This document shows, piece after piece, positions 38,206 through 48,542 of a DNA stretch of 64,000 bases (positions are counted from its first letter, which is position 1; every line of letters begins with the position of its first letter). This DNA comes from Cenococcum geophilum. Its lineage: Eukaryota. The translations under genes were made by a program, and so were the position numbers. The notes under the pieces were generated by a model. That model did no database searches. It was not told the origin of the DNA and saw nothing but the letters and a program-made list of their open reading frames with translations. The stretch spans positions 22,754,001-22,818,000 of the forward strand of contig CP158635.1 of assembly GCA_050273025.1 (NCBI GenBank), written 5' to 3'.

Positions 38206-41200
38206 ACGCGAAACGCGCCATATAAAGTCTACTTAAATCTTATCCTGCGAATATTTTCCCGATGTAGATATTAGTAGCGCCTACAATAATATACCCCATG
38301 AGCGTCTTCTATATATCCTTAGGGCAAAAGGCTTCCTAGAATGGATTATATAATTTGTTTAAGGGTTTATAGGTTAAAAAGAAACATTACTAATCTTTAG
38401 CGGATACTAAAGCCCCCCTATTGTAGTTGCAACAGGAATACTATAAGGATTACCCCTCTCGCCTATACTCTTCCTTTTCTTTATAAGTAACCTGCTTAAC
38501 TCCTTTAAGAAAGGGGCAACCTAGGGGATAGGCTTTATTAACAATATAAACCTAATTATATACGGGCTAATAGCTATAGAGAATTGCAGAACACTAGAGA
38601 AAGTATATAACACCTATATAGAATAGGCAAGACGATATGGAGTCCAATTCTTACTAGAGAAATACTAGCTAATCCATTTTATAAGAAAACGTAATTAATC
38701 TGCAGATCTCTAGCATATAATTCGTATTTAAGGCTTTAGGGGTTAACTAGTTTAGGGCCTAAGAGTATTAGGAGTATAGGTAGATAGTAAGCTCCGGTGG
38801 AGCGTATATACGGCGTAAGCGGCCTATAAGGGCTAAGCATAGTACATCGCATTATCTAGGATTGTTAATTCTATATAGGGTCCATGCTTCTAGAGGTTAC
38901 GCCTACTATATATAGCAGTTGTCTGGCTAACCATAACGTATAGGTCTAGTATCTGGGCCATTGGAGAATCTAAAAAAGGCCCCCCTAAATCGCTCCTTAA
39001 ACTACTCTAAAAGGTCTAAATAGCCTGCCTTTAAAGTATAATAGGCGGATATAAGCGAACGGCCACAGCTCTGCTTAAGAAGGAAGCTAATATTCCCCCC
39101 CTATAACTATATATTAAAGCCACTGTAATATAAAAGGCGTAAAAGGAACGTAACTCTAATATTATAAAGTATATTAAGATACGCCTAAATAAACTATAGA
39201 GGGACCTTAGGGCGCCTTGTAGAAGAATAAACTAATAACCCTAAAGTAGGGAAGATATATTAGAGAAACAGGTAAAGAAAGCAGAAGAAGAATAATGCTG
39301 CTTTAGGGCCTAGGCCTATATAGAGGAGGAAAGGAGACACGTAAAAGGCCAGTAAGGATAATAGTAAGAGAGAGAAAGGAGCTAAAGTAGAGCATAAAAG
39401 AATGCTAGGAAACTATCTACCGTAATATAATACTGGCTGGACTAACGCTAGAGAGGTATATAGGAGTTAAAGGTATAAAGGCTAACTAAAGTAAGAGGAA
39501 CCTAAGCCGTAGCATAGTTAACGCTATAGGGGGTAAATACCCTAGGGCTCTAAGAAGGCCTAACAAAGGTAGAAAATATAATAGTAACACTCTTAAGAAT
39601 AGGAATAATAGGACTAAAAGACTGGCTCTACTAGGTGGGTGTCCTAGTAGGTAGCCTAAAATATAAATATAGCTGGCTAAAATAGACACTAAAATATATA
39701 ATACTGTTATGCCCCTTACGTACTAACTAAAAGGTAATACTTTTAGTAGCTGGCATAGAAAACTATAAGACACTACTCTTAATATAAAAAGGCCTTAAGG
39801 CGGTTACTTAATGGCTTATTAGCTAAAATATACTAAACTAGTTTTAGGTTATAAAGGAAATAATAATAGAGGGCGGGGGGGCGAGTAACGGGCGCCCCCT
39901 AATAACTCTATAGTAGTAGAGTAAAGTATACAATACTAGCGCGTCCGTAGGCTAGTTATGGCAGTAGTAGTTCCTAAGGAGGTTAAAAAGTAAGGTAGTA
40001 GAAGCACTATAGGTGACTTGTAGGCGCCTTATAGGCGCCTTATAGGCGAGTCCTAAGAGGCAGGGAGATGGATTACGGGGTTTTCTTAAGTTAAGTCTTT
40101 CTTAAGTTGAGTTTTCTCCCTATATATAAATAAGGAGTAGTCCGCGTAGGCCTAATAGGGATCTAAATCGGACGTTAAGCAATGAATTATTATTATAAGT
40201 TAAGATACTACTTTAAAAAAATAAAAATAAGTAGTAGTATATATTAGAATAGAGAGAGATTATCTTTTTAAGGATTATTGCTATAAACCTAGGTATCCCT
40301 CAGCTTAATTGTCTTTAAAAGCTCTTTAATTAACTTTAAATAATTTAGCGTGGTTTATCTAAATTATATTAAGAGGATTTTAGCCTATATAATTAAGTTA
40401 TTAGCGTATACTAAGGCGTTAAAGAATATAATCTTACTTTCTTTAATCCTGTAAATACTTATAAAGAAGTATATACTTAATTAAGATCTTCTATTAGTAC
40501 CGCTTTACGCTTTTAAAAAGTATAGTAATTTAACACCTAACTTTAACTTACTTTAATTAACCCGCCTAACTAATATAATTATAACTAAACTAATTAAATA
40601 TATAGTGGCTGGGGTGGATAATATAGTAAAGGGTATAATTAATAACTATAAAGTAAAGGTAGAGGCCCTTATAGAGGTTTATTTTAAAGTAATTACTAAA
40701 AAAGTACTATATTTATAAGAAACCGAATTACTAGTTAACTAGGCATTTTTTTAATAAGCAAAAGGAGGTATATAATAAGTTTTACTAAAATATAAGAAAT
40801 ATTAGAAATTACAAGGTTACTATAGCCTACTTTTAAAGCTTTTTAGTTTAATATAAAGGCGTAGAAGATTTTAAGGGCAAGGTTAATAAGGCTAAATAGC
40901 TTCTTATAGATATAGAAATTAAGAACTACTTACCTAACTAATACTTTACTAAGTATAGTAAGGTAAATAGTATATAAACCGTTACTATTTTTAATAACTA
41001 ATCTACGCTCCACTTTATTATAAAGTTAGATATCTTTAATAAGCTATAGGAGAGCTTTATATTCTCCTTTAATAATAAATACTCGGCGAACGTTTTTTAT
41101 AGTATTATACTAGATACTAAAGCCGTAGAAGTATCTATAGTAGAAGAACCTTAAGTTTAAGCCCTTTAGTAGCTTAATAGCTCTATTTAGATTAACTATT

Positions 41201-41610
41201 TAACGGCAGGCTAATATACAATTTGTTTTAGTAAGGGTACTATAATCTTTCTTAGTATAATTAGGGTCTAAACCCCCTTAGGGTATATTACTTTTTATAT
41301 TATTCCTATAAATACCCTATTTTTATTTTATATCAGAAATATAAATAAATTAGGTATTAAGCTTAATAACCTTAAGAATATACTTATTTAGGGAGATAAT
41401 TAAGTGCCTATTATACGCAAGTAGGGTTACCCCTAGTTGCTCCTTTATTAACTAAAAAAGAGTATTACTTAGAGCTACTTAACTAAGTTAGAGTTACGTT
41501 AACTATACCATTACTTTAGCTATCTATTTATTTACTAATTGCTTAGGGTCCTTTAGTAAATAGGCTATAAAGTTAAGGTTAAGGCAATTAAGTATCTTAT
41601 AAAGTACTAC

Positions 41611-41842
41611 TGTGGGAGGGTACGACCACTCTTAGATAGGAAAGTCACAATGCTGTCTGTCTGTCTGTCGGTCGGTCGGTCGGTCGTCAGTTGTAATCAA
41701 TTAGTAGGAAAGCAGTTAGTAAGAAGAAAGGAAAGAATGTATTCCCGGTAGGTCGTAATAGAGAGAAGGAGAGAAGCCGAAGGCTTGATATATACAGGAA
41801 AATGCTAAGGCACTAAGTAGTGGCTCATTTTACCCCACCACA
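41611..41842 (-). mobile_element. Solo LTR
   Basis: TG...CA ends; 4-bp TSD CTAC confirmed against the uninterrupted Copia at ~28860; homolog of 23223-23468. Confidence 0.88.
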
Positions 41843-42417
41843 CTACTATTACTACTAAATAAACTAGAAGTCCCCTAGCCAATTTAAGTTTAGCCTTAAA
41901 GATAACTATAACTTTAACTTTTATATTATTATTAATATTATATATCTTAGCGGTAAGCTAGTACTTTAAGTTATTAACTTTTTAACCTCCTTCTAAGCCG
42001 TACGTTTCTTAAAGGATATATTAACTAGAAATGCATAGGATACCCTTTAATTATACTAAATTAATATCTACTTAGGACCCCCTAACTAAATCGTCTATAA
42101 TATAGGAAAGAACTTCTTATTTATAGAGTTTTAATAATAGATAAAGGTAATGGCAATTAAGGTTAAGGAAGTCCCTATTAAGGTATATAATAATATTAAA
42201 AAAGTAAAGCGATATTATGCGCTATTACGCCGCGTATATAAGATTATCTCTTTAGAACTAGAGAATACTAGTAAAGAACTTACCTTATAAATAGCTATTA
42301 AAGCTATTAATAATTCCGCTAGCCTAGATAGACTTATACCTATATTACTAGTCTTTAGCGCCTACCCTTAAATAACTAATAATTTTTTACTATCTCTCTC
42401 TATTATATAATAAGCTA

Positions 42418-42503
42418 GCCCGCGAAGCCCTACTGCACGCGTTTACGTCGCCGCGGGTGGAAACATCATCTAGAATCCTATTCCTCTTAATGGCCAAGTG
42501 CAG
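42418..42503 (+). ncRNA. HDV-like self-cleaving ribozyme (predicted)
   Basis: P1 GCCCGCG/CGCGGGT with G1.U; P2 CTGCAC/GTGCAG; P3 GCG/CGC; L3 TTTACGT; GG after P1; P4 CATCA/TAATG; J4/2 GCCAA. G1 is the first base after the TSD. Confidence 0.8.
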
Positions 42504-42914
42504 AGGCGATGGTAGAGAGCCGTCGCAGCGTGTACAGCACTGTCGTTCAACTCTGTAGTAATGAGCCCGCAACGCGTGCAAAGCATCACCCTTAATAACA
42601 CTAGGAGCCTTACTGCCTCCGCTTAGAGCTCCTGTTCTACTATCTAGGGAGGCCTATTAAGGGAAACTGGGATATAAAAACCGCCCGATATACGACTACC
42701 TGGCTCACAGCTAGGCCTAAAACTGGCCTTATTCAGCTAGTTAATGTGGACGCGTCCTAGGCGTATAACAGGATACCCTTGGGCTTATACTAGCTCTAAG
42801 ATCGTAAAGTATACGCGATAAGGGCGTAGGGATCCTCTTTTTATAAGAACTTGTTAAGGTTAACGCGTCGCAGATATTTTATATAAAACTTATTAAGGCC
42901 CCAAGGCTACCGCG

Positions 42915-43004
42915 AAGAACTTGTTAAGGCCCTACCTAAAGAACTTGTTAAGGCCCTACCTAAAGAACTTGTTAAGGCCCTACCTAAAGAACTTGTTAAG
43001 GCCC
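42915..43004. repeat. 24-bp tandem repeat (AAGAACTTGTTAAGGCCCTACCTA), about 4 units
   Basis: Directly visible; degenerate copies at ~42845 and ~42886. Confidence 0.9.
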
Positions 43005-46000
43005 CTCTACGAGGGTCTATCTGGTATCTGGTTACACCTAGGTAACTTAAAAGAGGGTCTTAATAGGCGTGGTGCGCGCGACCTGGTACAGCGACAGCGA
43101 CGCGACGGCGACGCGACGGCGACCAGACGGCTTAACGAGGTGGAAACACGGGCAAAGCTCTAGGCAGCGGAAACACAGGCCAGCTTCGACGGCCCCATGG
43201 CGTACGACTCAGTCGACTCACAGTTGGCTTATAGTTGACTCGCAGGCGACTTACAGGAGGGTCTTAATAGGCGCAGTGCACGCAACCTAATACGTATATG
43301 TATAAGGCGACTTACAGAAGGGTCTTAATAGGCGTGGTGTACGCGACCTAATGTATATATATAGGGGAGGCTATAGGGGAAACATAGGCCAGTTAGACGA
43401 GGACTTAATAGTTAGAGACATAGGTATAGCTTATAAAAAGAGGGGACATAAGCTTAGTTAGTAGGAGGGGGGGGAGTAGGTCGCCCGGTGCGGGACCTAG
43501 CGTCTTTATAGCCCCCCTCCTATAAGACATAGTCGGCCTATTATAAGGAGACTCCTATAGGCAACGTAAAACGGGAACTGGCAGTAGTATAGGGTGTTAC
43601 GCCCCTATACTTCTACTAGCCTCCTATAGGGTGTAGTGCGTAGTAGCTACTGTTAGCTCTAGGGACCTTACCCCTTAGCTAGGCTCTAACCCCTAGTACA
43701 CCTAGTAGGTAGGTAGGATTACGCCCTAGCTAAAGAGATTACTACGTAGCTTAAGAGAACGGATGCGTGTATTGGTATATTAATAGACGGAACCGTTTGC
43801 CTCTAGGGCGGTACGCTAGTAAGATACGCTTAAGGAGTAAACAGGAGTTACTTATACAGGGGAGGCTTTTTTAGTCTAGGCCTTAACTATAAAAGGTACC
43901 TAAGGCTTCTATATTATAGGATATAGCTATAATACCTTTACAGGATTATGCCAATAGGTATATAAGACGGGAGTTATAACCCCTAAAAAAGGCAGCTTAT
44001 GCCTATACCGGCGGAAATAATAAAAAAGGTATAAAACTAGAGGCTATAAAAGGCTCCTAAGCCGTATAAAAGCGTACTAACTCTAGGAGGAGACTCTTAT
44101 ATAGACTGCGGGGGGGTAGACTAGTACTTAGGCTAACCTATTATAAGATATCTAAAAGAACTGGTGAAACCCCCTATTAAGGTAGTAGCAGCTAACTACT
44201 TATAGAAAGCCCCTAGGCCTTTAGGCCTAGGTTTAGGATAAATACTAGAAAACTAGGGTAGAGGCCTAGATAAGTAGGCACGTTAAACTCTACTATATAA
44301 CTACCTGCTAATTCTTACCAGAAAAATACTAGCTAATCTATTTTATAAGAAAACGTAACTAATCTGCAGATCTTTAGTATATAATTTATATTTAAGGCTT
44401 TAGGGGTTAACCAGTTTAGGGCCTAAGAGTATTAGGAGTATAGGTAGACAGTAAGCTCCGGTAGAGCGTATATGCGGCGTAAGCGGCCTATAAGGGCTAA
44501 GTATAGTATATCGTATTATCTAGGATCGTCAATTCTATATAGGGTCTATACTTCTAGAGGTTACGCCTACTATATACAGCAGTTGTCTGGGTAACTATAA
44601 CGTATAGGTCTAGTATCTAGGCTATTAGAGAATCTAAGAAAGGCCCCCCTAAATCGCTCCTTAAACCACTCTAAAAGGTCTAAATAGCCTACCTCTAGAG
44701 TATAATAGGTGGATATAAGCGAACGGCCACAGCTCTACTTAAGAAGGAAGCTAATATTCCCCCCCTATAACTATATATTAAAGCCACTATAATATAAAGG
44801 GCGTAAAAGGAACGCAACTCTAATATTATAAAGTATATTAAGATACGCCTAAATAAACTATAGAGGGACCCTAGGGCGCCTTATAGGAGAATAAACTAAC
44901 AACCCTAAAGTAGGGAAGATATATTAGAGAAACAGGTAAAGAAAGCAGAAGAAAAATAGTGCTACTTTAGGGCCTAGGCCTATATAGAGGAGGAAGGGAA
45001 ACGTATAAGAGGCCAGTAAGGACAATAGTAAGAGAGAGAAAGAAGCTAAAGTAGAGTATAAAAGAACGTTAGGAAACCATCTACCGTAATATAATACTGG
45101 CTAGACTAACGCTAAAGAGGTGTATAGGAGTTAAAGGTATAGAGGCTAACTAAGGTAAGAGGAACCTAAGCTGTAGCATAGTTAACGCTATAGGGGGTAG
45201 ACACCCTAGGGCTTTAAAAAGGCCTAATAAAGGCAGAAAATATAATAGTAACGCTCTTAAGAATAGAAATAATAGGACTAAAAGACTAGCTCTACTAGGT
45301 AAATATCTTAGTAGGTAGCCTAAGATATAAATATAGCTGGCTAAGACAGATACCAAAACATATAATACTATTATGCCCCTTATACACTAACTAAGAAGTA
45401 ATACTCTTAGTAGCTAGCATAGAGAACTATAAGACACTACTTTTAATATAAAATGGCCTTAAGGTAGTTACCTAATAGCTTATTAGCTAAAATATACTAA
45501 ACCAGTTCTAAATTGCAAAGGAAATAATAATAAAGGGCGGGAGGGCGAGTAACAGGCGCCCCCTAATAACTCTATAGTAGTAGAGTAAAGTATATAATAC
45601 TAGCGCGTCCGTAGGCTAGTTACGGCAGCAGTGGTTCCTAAAAAGGTTAAAAAGTAAGGTAGTAAAAGCACTATAGGTAACTCGCAGGCGCCTTATAGGC
45701 GCCTTATAAGCGAGTCCTAAGAGGCGGGGAGATAGATTATAGGGTTTTCTTAAGTTAAGTCTTTCTTAAGTTAAGTTTTCTCCCTATATATAAATAAGGA
45801 GTAGTCCGTATGGGCCCAATAGGGATCCAAATCGGACGTTAAGTAATAAATTATTATTATTATATAATAAGCTAAGGCTATTTATAAGGCAATAAAGGAG
45901 GTATAATATCTCTACGCTATATGCTAGGTTAATAACGCACTAGGAATAAGAAATGGCCTAAATACCTTAGCTATACTTAATCTACCACTTTAGTCTAAGG

Positions 46001-48542
46001 TATGCGTATAGTATAAAAAGGGAGGGTGGTTAGGCCTATATTAACTTATTATATTTAGATGCCTTATAAACCTACTTAATTCTATTTAACTATTATTAAG
46101 CCTTATTATAAAGATAATAGTTCTAAGCCTTTATAGGATGCTATAAAAAATACCTTAAAAAAGAACTATAATTAATATACTCTAGAAGGCAACTATAATT
46201 CTAATATAATTATAGTAGATATACTATAACTATAACGCGGTAGAAGTCGCCTAAAGGAATTATAAAATTACTAATATCTTATTAATTTTAAAGAGTAATT
46301 TATTACCGCTATTAAGAGTAGAGTTAAGCTATTAATGGCCTTTATAACAGCTAAGGAGAAGGCTGACTTTAAACTCGCAAAATAGCTCTAAAAGGAAGGT
46401 TGTATTATAACTCTAGGAGCTCCTTTTTAAGCATTTAATAAGTAGGAGATCGATGGTCTTATTATAAGAGAAGTCTTTAAATTTAAGAAGTATGACCCTA
46501 CTAAGTTTAATAGAGTTCGCATTTTTAAGTTAAGAATAGTTAACGAGATTAAGGGCAAAGCTACTAACGCCCTATTTAAGAAATTAAGGCTTGTTATCTA
46601 AGGCTATAACAACGATGGTAAGGAGGTGATTCTTATATAGTTTCCTATAATTTAACGAGCTAGTTAGTAAGTTATTGTTGCGCTAGCTCCCTCCTTAATA
46701 AAGAATGGAATGGCGGTTTATTTGCGAGATATTACTTAAGCCTATACCTAGTTAGAGACGCACCTTTAGTGCTTAATATTGGTATACCTTCTAGAGTAAA
46801 TTCGCTACTAGTATCCTAAAGATATAATTATGGTTATGCTTAAGCCATTATATAGGATTGCAGAGGTAGGAACTTACTAGTAGGTTATCTATAGCAAGCA
46901 CTATAAAGAGAAGCTTTTAATAACTACTTCTATATTTAATCCCTGCTTCCTTATTATAACTATAGGAACTTTATTTAGAATTGTCGGTATATAAACTAAC
47001 AATATAATTATCTTAAAAGACGACTAATTCTTAGTTCTTAAAGAAGACGAGCTAGTAAAGGCAAATCTTATGGCAAAGCTAAAGGAAAAGCTTAGTTTAA
47101 TAATACTATTACTCTTTAATGGATATATCCTTTCCTTAAACGAGGATTCTATTGCTCTGCGCTAGAAGGGTTAAGGTAAGAAGATTGACGTTATTAATGC
47201 TAATTCTTTGAAGTAAGGATATGTGGAGTAACGCACTTGCGGAGCTTATATTACTTCTATCTATTAACCTAAGGCTTTATTTAATCTCTCTATTACCACC
47301 TAACACTAGGAACTAACTAAGGATGATATCTTTGCCCTAAATAAGCGTCTTTTCTAGCAAATAAACTATTTTAATTGGGGACTACTCTACGTGCCTATTA
47401 ATCTTCTTACCACTAAGCTCTTTATATTTGTTAATAGATTATTTATAAATAATAAAGATTTTAGCTCCTAGTTGGGATATAAGATTATTATCGCGAATGA
47501 ATTTACTAAAGAGAATAATTTTATAATCTATGGCAATTTTATCTATTAGAGCTTAACTAAGAGTAAGCGCGTTACCCGAAGTGTTTTGGTATTAGAGATA
47601 TATAGAATGGTTAGTGGAGTTAATATAGCAATTGCAATTAGAACTACCCTAAAGATAATTATAGATTAACTTGAACTTTCCGTTATCCCTATAATTGTAT
47701 ACACCGACTTATATTCCCTCTATAAGTATTTAGTTAAGCTTAGTACTATAAAGGAGAAGCGCCTTATAATCGATATTATGGCACTTTAGTAATCCTATAA
47801 GCGTTAAGAACTTTTTAAGATTTAATGGATTAATAGCTAAGATAACCTAGTAGATGCGATAATAAAGGCGAACCTAAATAAGGCATTAGAGACGTTTGTT
47901 AATATAAATACTCTATATATACGAGTTAAAGGTTGGGTTAAAAGGGAGTTCCTAGAAATTTCTTAGTTACGTAAGGTCTTAAGATGTCTAGGAACTTTAA
48001 CCGGCGGTTAAAGTTGTCTAATTAGTTAGATTCTCTTGCTAAGATTTTTTAGAAGGGGGATTCTATAGACCCTAACTTAACCTAGCTAATTAGGATTTTT
48101 TATCCCCGGGATGGAAAATTGCTATTGGCTCGCTTACTACTAACGCCTTGGCGGCCCTCTAAATAAGATACCTACCTGCGACTCCTAAGTAAGAGAGCTA
48201 CGTGCTAAGAGGCAAATTTTAGGATAGTGAGACTTATATTACAATAGCAATAGTAAGTGAGGAGGATTTATATTTATTACGATAGTTAGGTAGTATTTGT
48301 CTATAGGTGGCAGCTATGGAGGGAGGGTTGCTAGTGTCGGGAATGAGGTAAGTTGCCGTTATGTACGGTAAACTGCCGTCACGTGATGGCAAGTTGCCAT
48401 TATGTGTCGCCGCGGCACTAGTGTGGCGAGGAGCCTTACGTTCCTTGCCCTTCCTTATTCTAATTAAGAAGCTTTATTAACCAACATCACTGTAACCCTA
48501 CTCGAGTAGTCGTTATTGGTGAGTTACCTTGTGTGACTAATA

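Larger units (their letters stand above)
36058..38264 (+). mobile_element. Non-coding minisatellite-rich TIR element, copy 2 (2207 bp)
   Basis: TIRs CATCGGCAAAATAT / ATATTTTCCCGATG; TA duplication at 36056-57 and 38265-66; splits the LINE RT codons L-D; the empty site is visible in the LINE copy at 63859-63860. Confidence 0.9.
32412..40193 (+). mobile_element. Tad1-like LINE, family A, apparently full length (ORF1 CCHC; ORF2 APE-RT), RIPed
   Basis: 15-bp TSD TATAAGTTAAGATAC (32397-32411 / 40194-40208); (TTA)n tail. De-RIPed motifs CY.C..WGH....C, QYNC, LAIQEP, LLGDMNLHHP.W, SDH, APGPDGI, SYRPIAL, LDISGAYD, GIPQGSPLSPILF, FVDD. Confidence 0.92.
42418..45857 (+). mobile_element. Chimeric LINE-mobilised retroposon: 1.9-kb unique 5' part plus 1.55-kb LINE family A 3' end
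   Basis: 17-bp TSD TATTATATAATAAGCTA (42401-42417 / 45858-45874); 44308-45857 matches 38644-40193; 42418-44307 has no counterpart in the full LINE. Confidence 0.88.
23741..48542 (+). mobile_element. GalEa-like Copia retrotransposon, host of nested insertions
   Basis: LTR 3' remnant 23741-23768 followed by the palindrome ACTGATCAGT. Segments 23769-24309, 31656-32411, 40209-42417 and 45875-48334 join across TSDs. RT motifs KSRLVVQGY, RDITQAY, KPLYG, QTDD; 3' LTR 48335-48542. Confidence 0.85.

Noticed and set aside
39486..39689. Hydrophobic ORF recurring at 45150 and 49897
   Set aside because: Antisense frame of the RIPed LINE 3' region; it recurs only because the LINE does.
42550..42590. Hammerhead core downstream of the HDV-like fold
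   Set aside because: TAATGAG...GCAAAG only loosely resembles CUGAUGA/GAAA, and the stems do not form.
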